A DNA stretch of 64,000 nt from Squalus acanthias (lineage: Eukaryota), in contig CM059430.1 of the NCBI GenBank assembly GCA_030390025.1, positions 75,392,001 to 75,456,000 of the forward strand, given 5' to 3'. Within the stretch, counting starts at the first letter, position 1; each line of letters begins with the position of its first letter. The position numbers and the translations under genes were made by a program. Of the stretch, positions 35,423 to 47,711 are shown piece after piece. Under the pieces are notes generated by a model. The model did no database searches, was not told the DNA's origin, and worked only from the letters and a program-made list of their open reading frames with translations.

Positions 35423-36549
35423 CATTCTGAAACCGGCATTTCCGATATCACTATACACAGCACGTACAAACCCGGAGGGATTGTAATATCCAGCCCATTA
35501 TCTTTATTTACTCTATCTAAGCCCTTCATGATTTTAAACACCTCTATCAATCTCCTCTTAGCTTTCTCTGCTCTAAGTAGAACAACCACAGTTTCTATAG
35601 TGTATCCACCTAACTGTAATTACTCATCCCTGGATCCATTCTAGTAAATCTTTCTGTACCATCTGCAAAGCCTTCACGTCCTTCCTAATGTGTGGCGCCT
35701 AGAAATGAACACGATACTACAGTTGGTCCGAACTATTTATTTATAATTCTTGAAAATATTTAGCTTTCCACAAATAAATCTTAGGTATTTTCATTTAAAC
35801 ATTAATGTGCTGCCGAACGAAAATTATTTGTCTATTTATGCCACCCATATTAGATTCACGACGTACCAGGGCAGATATAGGTGGCAGTGTGGAGCTCCCT
35901 CTATACTAATACAAAATATGCCGCGCTAAATCACCAGGAACAATTGTGACATTGGCATTTCCTGAACCCACCATCCTTGTGTCCTTTCAAAGAGTTTACC
36001 AATTTACTGTCAATTTTGTGTTGTGATTCGACAATTGCTGTGAACTTACTCCAAGAATATTCTGTCCAAGACTCTCACGGAAGGCTGAATAGAGAGGCGC
36101 TGAGGATCAGTCTAGGTTGATTCAGTCTCAACTTCGAGGTAAACGGACCGTGTGCTGTCGCAATGTATAAAACGATGACATCTGCAACAATCTAGTCATC
36201 ACTACATGATAGCATGCGCTGTTACTTTGAAAAAAACTGACTGAAAGTAAATGTTGTGAAAAATGCGATGTCTTAATGACAGATGTAGGAAATAGACTAC
36301 AATCTTTGCTAAATAATGAGACAATAAAACGTCTGGAAATGGAGCACATAACCGAAAAATTCAGCAATTCCGATAGTGCAGCATACCCTCAGCACTGGTG
36401 TGTTCGCCTAGATTATGTGCTAAAGTGTCTGGAATGGGATATGGACTAGAAAGTTCTCACTCAGAGGCAAGAGTGCTGGAGACAAGCTAAGACTAACCAC
36501 AAAGTAAACAGAGTTCTGGGAATCGTTTGAAGTAGCTACACAAGTTCAG

Positions 36550-37205
36550 AAGTTAATAATGATTGCAAACAAAGTAATTTGGTTCATTTCTAGAGAAATA
36601 TAATACAAAAGCAGGGAGATAATTTTGAATTTATATAGGCCTTGATGAGACCACATTAAAGTTCTCCGCAAAATTCTGGTGGACACATTACAAAATGGAT
36701 ACAGAACCACTGGAGAAAGTGCAGAAAAGATTTGCAAGGATGTTCCCAGAATGGAGAGGACAGAAATAGCAGGAAACATTGTGCAGGCTGGGACTCCTTG
36801 CTCCTCAAACGCATTAGACTAAGAAGAGACCTAATAGAGGTCTTTAAAATGGTGTAGGGGAACAATAGGTTGGATGTGGAAAAATTGTGCCACTTGTGAA
36901 TTAGTCCAGAAACGGCAGCACAACTCCAAGACAGCCAATAATAGGTCAAATAAATAATTTGGAAGGAATTACATTTTTCAGATAGTGTTCAAAATGTGGA
37001 TCTCACCGCCATATAGAATCGCTGAGGCAGATATCAGTAATCAATTTAAAGTAAGCCTTATGCATTCATGAGGTAATATAGTGAGATATGGGAACAGGGT
37101 GAGAACAGATAATTCGACTGGCAGGAGGTTCGTGTGGCTTGTAAACATCGACATAGAGCAATTCAGCTAAATGACCTGTTTCTGTGCTGGATATGTAATT
37201 CTATG
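36550..37205 (+). mobile_element. Old CR1 3' fragment
   Basis: Remnants aatttatataggccttgatgagaccaca, ctggagaaagtgcagaaaagatttgcaaggatg and agagacctaatagaggtctttaaaat. Confidence 0.65.
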
Positions 37206-38326
37206 TTGCAAATGTTATTTTTGAAAAATGTCTTTGTTTCAATGGGTATTCACTTGCAGTAGATATTAATCTAGCCCGGATATATTTAATATTTTATGTC
37301 GACACACACTTCACTCTGCAAAATCCTTCACTCTGTTACCACCCTTTGATCACTTTTCTGTGTAAACGTATTTCCACTATAATTTCCTAGGTACTTATTT
37401 GTAGTTATTGGGGCAGAATTTGTGGTCAGTATGACGATGAACTCTCAGAGTTCACAGTAATACCGCCTTTGAAATTGACAGCAACTTTGTGGATTTCTGT
37501 ACGCGCTTGCGCATGTGCTAAATCCCGAACTTGCGAACTGTCAAGTTCCGACATGACAGGTCACCCTCTGCGACTCTCAAATCTTCATTGCTGGCACAGA
37601 GTTGGGCGAATGACCCACCAACTGCCCAGCAATTATGCAGGGAAATTTTACGACTGGTGGAAACAGACGCAGGAGCCTGTTTGCAGATCGAAAGGGGAGG
37701 GATGGGGATAGGGAGCAGCTTGCAATGTAGAACAGCTATTTTCATAATGTACAAAATGTAATAAAAAATTATCTTCAAAATAAATATCTGTATCCACCAT
37801 CTAATACCTCATCTTTCTAAATATTTCAACTGATCCCAACACAGCCCGCAGAGACAAATATGCAAAGGGTGAAAACGAACTATCAAAGCTCATTTCAGCC
37901 CGAGATTACAAGTGTACTTTTATGAGAAAAAGCTGCCCTTGTGCCCAAACTGCGATGCATTTCACAAAACTGGCTCACCCGAAGAAAAAAAAGGCAAAGA
38001 ACAAGTGTCTAAATTTTATGCTTAACTGTTTGAAATGCCGATGACATAGCTGGCTATTCTATGAGGCTTTCATGATTTGAAATAACTTAACAAACCATTA
38101 ATGAAATGCAATTTCCCTGCAGCGAAACTTTTGCACACAAGAAACCTAGACGCACAAGCAGCATATTTACTTCTTCTCCGCTAAACTAAAGCAATAAAAA
38201 AATCATGAATGAGCATCGGAAATTTCGTTTTCCTGATTGGCGCACCATCCCACGTGATCGCAGGTGCGCTTACGCACACAGAGCGCCCCTGGTATCGGTC
38301 GGCCTCGACATTGCGCACAGCTCCAC

Positions 38327-39103
38327 AGTGAGTGGGCAGTAACATGACAGATGGAATATAACGTGGATAAATGTGAAGTTATACACTTCGGTAGAAAAAA
38401 ACAGAAAGGCAGAGTATTTCCTAAATGGTGATAGATTGGGGAATGCAGATGCTCAAAGGGTCCTGGGTGTCCTTATACATGAATCACTGAACGTGAATGT
38501 GCAGGTGCAGCAATCCATTAGGAATGCAAATGATATGCTGTCCTTCATTTCAAGAGGATTTGAGTACAGGAGCAAAGAACTCTTACTCCAATTATATAGG
38601 GCCTTGGTGAGACCACACCTGGAGTACTGTGTACAATTTTGTTCACCTTACTTAGGGAAGGATAAACTTGTCATAGAGGGAGTGCAACGAAGGTTCACGA
38701 GATTGATTCCTGGGATGGCAGAACTGTCGTATGAGAAGAGATTGAGTAAACTCGGCCTGTATTCTCTTGAATTCAGAAGAATGAGAGGGGATCTCTTTGA
38801 AGCATACAAAATTATTAAAGGGCTTGATAGGGTGGATGCTGGGAGAATATATCCCTTGACTGGGGAGTATAGAACCAGGGGCCACAACGTCAGGATAAAG
38901 GGTAGGCCACTCAAGACTGAGATGAGAAGAAATTTCTTCACACAGATTGTGGTGAATCTATGGAATTCTCTACCCCAGAGGGCTGTGGAGGCTCTGTCAT
39001 TGGGTATATTCAAAACAGAAGTCGATAGATGTCTCACTAGTAAGGGCATCAAGGGATATGGCGATAGGGCCGGTGAATGGAGTTGAGGCAGAAGATCAGC
39101 CAT
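38327..39103 (+). mobile_element. CR1 ORF2 C-terminal fragment
   Basis: ORF 38373-39086 LLQLYRALVRPHLEYCVQF...RMRGDLFEAYKI...NLWNSLPQ. Confidence 0.92.
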
Positions 39104-41215
39104 TTAGAAAAAAGTTTGAAATATAGCCAATCGCAAAATATGCCATGAACCAACGCAATTGCGTAGAATTTTAAAACATAATTTTTAAAATCGCTTTAAA
39201 AATGTTCCTTGATATATAGATTGGACTCTCGACTGAATATTTAGCGTTCCCTTTGTAAGTTATCAGTAAGGCAGAAATCTCAAAATGATAACCTTTATGA
39301 GACAAAGGACACCCAACCCGTCTCATATAGGACTCTTGACCAATTTGGACTTGCAAGATACCGACTTACGCTCTTTAATTAAGCCAAAGAATATATTGAG
39401 TATTGCAAAGATATACAAGATTATTACTTAACAAAGGCAATAGGTATACAGCGAGTCTTGGCTCCGACGGTTCGTGCTTCCAAGCTCTCTGGGGCACGAT
39501 CTTCTGTTCGCTTCTTACTGTGTTCTGTTGACGGTAGTCCAGCTCCTTCCTCTAAGCTTGCCCCCGATGTTCTGTAATCTCTCTTTTTTATCCCCCTTGG
39601 AGTGCTAGTGTCTCACCATATTAGGTCATGAATCATTTCAGCCGAAATGATTGGATTATGGTCCCATTTCGTTCGTCCGTGGCCTCCTGATATCACAGCA
39701 CGTATACCCGGTACAGGTGATTCCTGCTGTCTGCTTTTGCAAGAGACTCAAAGTTCACACCTTTCTTCAGTTCTACTCGATTCTGGCAACTCTGCAGTTT
39801 CACAATCGCATACTCTGACCTTTTACTCTCGTAAACATGCTCAGATGTATCTTCTTAACTCTACCATTGTTCTTGCACAAATGTTAACTTTGAAAATCAT
39901 GTCTCTCAGCATCAGTCATGCCGATTCCACGGAACCACACTTCAGCAGAACCTTATTCACTAAAGCAGGTGTTTACAGCATTCTATATTATCAACACTTC
40001 AATCAAACTAGCGCAACTACCACTTGGCAGATTTGGCCCAGCCCTCTCATCATTCCTTGCGGTTACGGTTGCCTTAACAAAGATAATAATAACATCTTTA
40101 CAAAGTAAGTAATAACAAAAAATCAGAAACGCAGAGATATTGTTAAAATGCCATATGTGGATCCATCAAACCCTACACCTTCATCCTTTAATCTATGTAA
40201 TTGCAACCCTCCCATGTACCAAAGGAAAGTTTTAAGAACTGTGCAAGAGGTAACAGGCTTGATCGAGGACAAGGAATGTGAGCTTAAAATTTTGAATCAG
40301 TACAGAATTGGATTCAGTAGAAAGCATCAGAAATTAAAAATTGTTTGAAGGAAAAAAGGATAAATAGTTTTTGATGGAATAAAGAAGAACCGAGAAGCAC
40401 GTGTCTCTTTTCTGCTGCTCTGCAGTTATTTTTTTTTGTTTTAAGTGTGGATTTTACTGTCTTTTTACCAACGATGTGTGAATGTTACCGTGTTACTGTG
40501 GATATGGCTCCTCCCTCTTTTGCAAGCTGGAAAGTGTTTTGCGTTTAAGATATTGGTCTTAATTGCATTTGAGTAATTATGGTTAACTTAACTATTAAAT
40601 TGTGAAAAACAGACTTTTATTATGGCCATTGTGAAATTCTTGTTATTTTAAATTGTGTGAAAACCTCTAGTTCTGGACATGAGACAATCACATCAACAAT
40701 TTTTTAAAAATTTCTGACCAATTTCAGTACTCAATGCTTTGATGTGATTTTAATTCCTCTGAATGATACTGGAATGTTTGACCAGAGGCGCAAAAAGGCG
40801 GCCTTGCTATGGCTCTGTGAATGATAATGAGGACATCCTGTAGTTGAATTGTACTACAGAATTGTTTCACAGAATGTTTATAGTTGCAAAAATAACAGTT
40901 TGTTTTTATTTGGTAAAAGATTTTAAGTTTAGTTGAAAGCTGTAAGAAATTGTGTGACACAAGCTTACATTGATTAATGTGTCTGATTTTGTCTTCTGTT
41001 GAAATGTACGAAGATTTGAACACTTTTCACAAGTAGCTTTATGTTTTTTGTTACCTTTTGGTATCAGGTTAAGTCTGTTCTCATTCACTGAGCAACAAAT
41101 TTTACGTTACTGTCTGTAATCATTTTGGACATTTCTGCATTTTAAGTTTCTTAATTTGAGTGGAAAGTTTGTCAGAGTGTTCTCGAATGATGCAGAAACC
41201 GAATATCCACTCGCT

Positions 41216-41427
41216 GATAAGAACATAAGAACATAAGAAATAGGAGCAGGAGTAGGCCAATCGGCCCCTCGAGCCTGCTCCGCCATTCAATATGATCATG
41301 GCTGACCTGATCCTAACCTCAAATCTAAAGAACACAAGAAGTAGGAGCAGGACCCGGCCACACAGCCCCTGGGCCCGCTCTGCCACCCACAGGGCCTTGA
41401 CCGATCCGAACTCAGCCTCATGTCCAA
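41216..41427 (-). mobile_element. Short CR1 3'UTR-only insertion (same subfamily as 44783-45803)
   Basis: (aacataag)n tail plus the distinctive cacacagcccctgggcccgctc...gaccgatccgaact segment. Confidence 0.75.
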
Positions 41428-43329
41428 TAAGAGTTAAAGACCGATCACCTTTACTGTGTATCGTAATATAGGAAGTACAGGAAAATAGAAACAGCAGTAG
41501 GCCATTCAGCCCCTCAAGCCTGTTCCACCATTCATTTACAACATGGCTGACATGGATCTTAACTTCATCTACCCGCCTTGGTTACGTAACCCTTAATACA
41601 TTTGCCGAACAAGTATCTCAGGTTTCTCCTCATAACTGTAATTTCTAATCCCTGGCACCTCGGTGGATCCATTCTGTACGCTCTCCATATGACAGGAATG
41701 CCTGTACAAATGTCTCGTGCTTCCTCGAAAATTGTTGTTGTGAACCAGAGGAGAAAGGAGGTTGCTTAACACCAATGCTTACCCATAAATCTTTTAGAAC
41801 CAGTTGTTTAAATCGTGTAATAATGTTGATCATAAATATTGTAATATCCTGATTGTGAAACAGGATTTGTTGCTATAGTTTAGTTCCTTCAGCTAGTGCA
41901 AAATCAGCTGCACAATAAAATATTTCAGAAACGCAGCTTAAAAACCCAAGCTTGGCGTCAATTGGTTATTTTTTCCGATTCATGTCCCCTTCTTTTCAAA
42001 CTTGGCGCTGCCCTGCTCTCAGGTCTTATCTTTCATTTGAGAACGTCGGTATCTGCTGACAATACTGCAACTCATCTCCTTGAGAAGTGTGCGTTTTCCA
42101 AAACATGTAAATATCAAAGATCTCAATAAAGTGATCCGGGCGGTGAGATACCTACCACGGACCGCACCCCACACCCCCACCCCACGGGGACTATTGCTTT
42201 GTCTAAGTTCTGGAGACATTTCGTTCATGTATCCAAAATACAAACCTTTGGGCAGTATTTTGAGTGAGACTACCAGACTGCCAGGGTTATTTAATATGCA
42301 TTGCACTAAACAAACAGGCAAGATAAGGCAGCTGGATGTGATTTAATATTCAACAAATTCTAGGGCATCAAGATTTCTGTGGGCTGCCGCTCATTAGTCA
42401 ATCCTATCTGCCGACCAGGGAATAAGCACCAAGGTAACTGAGAGTAATGGAGTTGTAAATACTCAATAATGAATCTTATATATATATACATATGAAGGCG
42501 AAGGACAAAAGTGAGCTTGAGTCGACCCACCAACCTGCCCTGCCCCGGCTTTCCTGTCTCCTAATGTAAAGTTCCTCATTATCTTCTGTCCTCATGAAGG
42601 TGAGGGCAGTAAATCCTGCTGAATGCAACTCGTCCCCCGTGAGACATCGGGGTTACATCTACGTATTTAGTCAGTGGGCTGAGGGCAGGAAGGAAATCTG
42701 TCGGGGAAGTTCACACGCCCTTAAGGGAACCCGTAGGATGTTCGACCCGTTAATGTCAATCGGAGGAAAATCCGACGAATTCTCTTCTGCTGTATAAATG
42801 TCACCGTTAGATTTAGCTTGCTGTGCTCCGCTAAGGAAATGCTCAGCCCAAACCGACGGAAGTACACCGACAAACATCGTGTAAACATAGTGCTCTTTTT
42901 GTCACTGCAGTTCAAGCTACCCAGTGTAGGACTGATAATAACATTTTCTGTGTTGAAAGATCATTCCCAATTTAACTCCTTCCAAGACTCTTCGTTAAGA
43001 AGACATTGAATAAGAGAGTCTCCGTTGTTCAGAGTGACTAGCGGTATAAGCAAATTTGATACGTGGTTAGCCAGTGGGCTGTCGATAACGCCGGGACAAA
43101 TTCCATCCCGTAAGTGCTCTTAGAAACATACGCACAAGAGGAGACAATTCAACCCATTCAGCATATTCCACTATTCAATTATATCATGGCTTATCTGTAC
43201 CTTAACTCTCTGTATCGGGCTTTTTTTTACAGCCCTTGATCCTCCAACATTCTACATCATCCAAGGTGCATGTATATTGTCACCTAACACAACACAGACA
43301 AGCTTATCCTCCAAAAAGAAATGTTCGCT

Positions 43330-43970
43330 GTGAGCCTCCCCCCACCATATCATTTGTTTACTTTTACTCAAATACCATTATCCGTTGAATTCTACCCGGT
43401 GTCCGGCTCCAAGCCTCTGTAACTGCTGTTCCGCCACCTCTATCCCAGATATAGAACTGATCCTTGGGGCAATATCGGACACTAACTCGCGTTCTGTCAT
43501 TCCAAGCCGCAATGCGCCGGAGCAGAACCGCCATAACCCGTGCACACAATGAGCAGCAAACTGTCATTTTAGCGAGAGCTATTATACATTTCAACATAGT
43601 AACAAAGTAATTATTATCACACTGAAGTCAATGGAAATAAAAATCGGGTGTGTGGTAAGAACAGGCTTTCGATACACTATCGTCCAAATTACAATTACAC
43701 GCTTATATCGCAGTTAGATATCAACAAGAAAGCAGGTTACGGCAAGATAATGTAGAAACAAATGTTCTCCAAGCATTACATTAAACAAAGCTCAGCACTT
43801 TTTTATTTTGTTTCATAAAACTATACCTTAAATGTAAATGCACTAAAATAGCAACAATTACTTAAAATGTTTCTGATCTTTTAGGTCACGATATTGTTCA
43901 AATGTGCCGTGTACTGCCTCATATTTATACCTTTCATCTAAATCTTGTAGGTGGTGAGATCACCCGTTAT
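43330..43970 (+). pseudogene. Remnant of a third receptor gene: C1-TM intron plus first codons of the TM exon
   Basis: Aligns by eye with 8930-9635 (atcatttgtttacttttactc; tttttattttgtttcataaaa; catctaaatcttgtag|gtggtgagatcacccgtta vs catctcaatcttaaag|gtggtgagatcatccatta). It then turns abruptly into RTE sequence. Confidence 0.8.
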
Positions 43971-44656
43971 GGACCGGGGTCAAGCAAGGCTGTGTCATCG
44001 CACCAACGCTCTTCTCGATCTTCCTGGCAGCAATGCTCCATCTCACCCTCAGTAAGCTCCCCACTGGAGTGGAGCTAATCTATAGAACAAATGGGATACT
44101 GTTCAAACTCCGTCACCTCCAGTCCAGATCCAAGGTCGTCCAGTCCTCTGTCATCGAATTACAGTATGCAGACGATGCTTGCATCTGCGCACACTCTGAG
44201 TTCGAACTCCAAACCATCATCAACACCTTCACCGAAGCGTATGAGAGCATGGGCCTTAGACTAAACATCCGTAAGACAAAGGTCCTCTACCAACCAGCCC
44301 CCGCCACACAGTACCACTCCCCGATTATCAAAATCCATGACGAGGCCTTGAACAATGTGGGCCACTTTCCATACCTCGGGAGCCTACTGTCAACAAGTGC
44401 AGACATCGCTGACGAAGTCCAACAGCACCTTCAGTGTGCCAGTGCAGCCTTTGGTCACCTGAGGAAGAGAGTGTTTGAAAACCAGTACCTCACACCCAGC
44501 ACCAAGCTCATGGTCTACAGAGCAGTAGTGATACCCGCCCATGTATGCTTCAGAGACATGGACCATGTATAGCAGGAGCCTCAAAGCACTGGAGAGGTAC
44601 CACCAACGCTGCCTCCGCAAGATCCTGCAAATCCATTGGCAGGACAGGCACACCAA
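43970..44656 (+). mobile_element. RTE-clade LINE RT fragment, copy 1
   Basis: ggggtcaagcaaggctgtgtcatcgcacca (GVKQGCVIAP). ORF 44033-44572 ELQYADD...GLRLNIRKTKVL...FPYLGS. Confidence 0.9.
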
Positions 44657-44782
44657 ATTCAGGCTTTCGATACACTATCGTCCAAATTACAATTACACGC
44701 TTATATCGCAGTTTGATATCAACAAGAAAGCAGGTTACGGCAAGATATTGTAGAAACAAATGTTCTTCAAGCATAACATTAA

Positions 44783-45803
44783 ACATAAGAACATAAGAAC
44801 ATAAGAAATAGGAGCAGGAGTAGGCCAATCGGCCCCTCGAGCCTGCTCCGCCATTCAATAAGATCATGGCTGATCTGATCCTAACCGCCAATCTACTATC
44901 TATCACAGAACCATCTCCTGCATCTAACAGAATTGCACACACGAAATAGGAGCAGAATCAGGCTACACAGTCCCTGGGCCCGCTCCACTACCCACAGGGC
45001 CATGACCGAACCGAACCTAGACTCATGTCCAAATTCCTGCCCGCTCCCCGTAACCCTTAATGCCCTTTACTTCTAGGAAACTGTCTATTTCTGTTTTAAA
45101 TTTAATTAATGTTGTAGCTTCTACAGCTTTTTGTGGCAGCATATTCCATGGACCTACCACCCTCTGAGTGAAGTAGTTCCTCCTCATCTCAGTTTTGAAA
45201 GAGCAGCCCCTTATTCTAAGACTATGTCCCCTAGTTCTCGTCTCACCCGTCATCGGGAACATCCTCCCCGCATCCACCCGATCCAACCCCTTCACAATCT
45301 TATATGTTTCAATAAGATCGCCTCTCATTCTTCTGAACTCCAATGAGTAGAGTCCCAATCTACCCAACCTCTCCTCATATGACCACCCCCTCATCCCCGG
45401 GATTAACCGAGTGAACCTTTTTTGCACTGCCTCGAGAGCAAGGATGTCTTTCCTTAAGTAAGGACACCAAAACTGTATGCAGTCTTCCAGGTGCGGTCTC
45501 ACCAATACCTTGTACAACTGAAGCAATACCTCCCTATTTTTATATTCTATCCCCCTAGCAATGAAAGCCAACATTCCATTTGCCTTCTTAATCACTTGCT
45601 GCACCTGCATACTAACCTTTTGAGTTTCGTGCACCAGGACCCCCAGATCCCTTTGCACTTCAGTACTCTCCAGTTTCTTGCCATTAAGATAATAAATTGC
45701 TCTAGGATTTTTCCTGCCAAAGTGCATCACCTCACACTTTCCAGTGTTGTATTCCATCTGCCAAATCTCTGCCCACTTACTTAGCCTGTCTATGTCCCCT
45801 TGC
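44783..45803 (-). mobile_element. Young 5'-truncated CR1 with open ORF2 C-terminus
   Basis: Uninterrupted 244-aa ORF 45023-45757 and an (aacataag)n tail. It splits sequence that is contiguous at 43780-43800. Confidence 0.92.
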
Positions 45804-45980
45804 TCGGCACTTTTTATTTTGTTTCATAAAACTATACCTTACATGTAAATGCACTAAAATAGCAACAATTACTTAAAATGTTTCTGATCTTTTAGGTCAC
45901 GATATTGTTCAAAGGTGCCGTGTACTGCCTCATATTTATACATTTCATCTAAATCTTGTAGGTGGTGAGATCACTCGTTA
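45803..45980 (+). pseudogene. Duplicate of the TM-exon remnant (intron end plus GGEITRY)
   Basis: Near-identical to 43790-43970. Confidence 0.8.
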
Positions 45981-47182
45981 CGGACCGGGGTCAAGCAAGG
46001 CTGTGTCATCGCACCAACGCTCTTCTCGATCTTCCAGGCAGCAATGCACCATCTCACCCTCAGTAAGCTCCCCGCTGGAGTGGAGCTAATCTACAGAACA
46101 AATAGGAAACTGTTCAAACTCCGTCACCTCCCGTCCAGATCCAAGGTCGTCCCGTCCTCTGTCATCGAATTACAGTATGCAGACGATGCTTGCATCTGCG
46201 CACACTCTGAGTTTGAACTCCAAACCATCATCAACACCTTCACCGAAGCGTACGAGAGCATGGGCCTTACACTAAACATCCGTAAGACAAAGGTCCTCTA
46301 CCAACCTGCCCCAGCCACACAGTACCACTCCCCGATTATCAAAATCCATGACGAGGCCTTGAACAATGTGGGCCACTTTCCATACCTCAGGAGCCTACTG
46401 TCAACAAGGGCAGACGTCGCTGACGAAGTCCAACAGCACATTCAGTGTGCCAGTGCAGCCTTTGGTCACCTGAGGAAGAGAGTGTTTGAAGACCAGGACC
46501 TCACACGCAGCATCAAGCTCATGGTCTACAGAGCAGTAGTGATACCCGCCCTTGTATGCTTCAGAGACATGGACCATGTATAGCAAGCACCTCAAAGCAC
46601 TGGAGAGGTACCACCAACGCTGCCTCCGCAAGATCCTGCAAATCCATTTGCAGGACAGGCAAACCAACTTCAGTGTTCTCGCTCAGGCCAACATCTCCTA
46701 CATCGAAGCTTTGACCACGCTCGATCAGCTCCGATGGACGGGCCACATCGTCTGCATGCCCGATATGAGAATCCCAAAACAAACGCAGTACTCGGAGCTC
46801 CGACATGGCAAGAGAGCACAGGTGTGCAGATGAAACGCTTAAAGGACACCCTCAAAGCCTCCTTGAATAATTGCAACATCCCCACCGACAACTGGGAATC
46901 CCAGGCCCAACACCGCACAAAGTGCAGGCGAAGCAGCTGGGAAGGCGCCGAACACCTCGAGTCTCTTCGCCGGAAGCAATTGGAAGCCAAGCGCAATCAG
47001 CAGAAGGACCGAACGTTAACCCAAGCACCCCACCAACGCCACCCACCACCCCCTTCAAACACCTTCTGCCCCACCTGTGACAGAGACTGTAAATCCCACA
47101 GTGGACTCATCAGTCACCTAAGAACTCATTTTTAGTGTGGAAGCAGGTCAACTTTGGTTCCGAGGGACTGCCCAAGAAGAAA
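45980..47182 (+). mobile_element. RTE-clade LINE RT to 3' end, copy 2
   Basis: ORFs 46044-46583, 46552-46833 (LRWTGHIVCMPDMRIPKQ) and 46734-47135 with C-terminal CPTCDRDCKSHSGLISHLRTH. Confidence 0.92.
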
Positions 47183-47711
47183 AGTTCGCACAAGGGGAAC
47201 CCCACTACAGTTCATTGATTTGAATTGCACCGCGGGAAACTCGAAGTTCTCGACACATGAATCGCAATATCCTTGTGCGAAGTGCACTTCGCAGCCAGCA
47301 GCTAAGAAAGAAAGTCATCTGTGGGGGCTTGTGAAATCGATCTAGTACGAAGAAAACAATTAGATTGCCAACTGCTCAGCCTGGCTTCATTTTATGGTCC
47401 AGCTACGATATAACTGCTTCAGACAGAGGTTGCGGAAAAAGTGGAACGGTCTAATCACAGTGCCAGTTTAAGCTGTTATCAATTTGAACTTTGTGTTGGG
47501 TAATTTTATTAGGCAATAGCGCCATTGAAGATTGTGCAAAATGAGGGATATAGTCTTTGCAACTGGCCCATGAATTTGATTGTTTCTCAAGCGCAATACA
47601 GCATGTGTGTGTACATGTAGGGTACTTAAGTAGATCGCATGATGCGTCATCAGTGATCACGTTTTCTGCAGTGTTCTCAGAATGATAAAGTCATAGAATT
47701 TCCTTGAATTA

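Noticed and set aside
42364-42433. Possible small exon (tag|ggcatc...ccaag|gtaact)
   Set aside because: No similarity to any receptor exon, and the phase-1 reading contains a stop.
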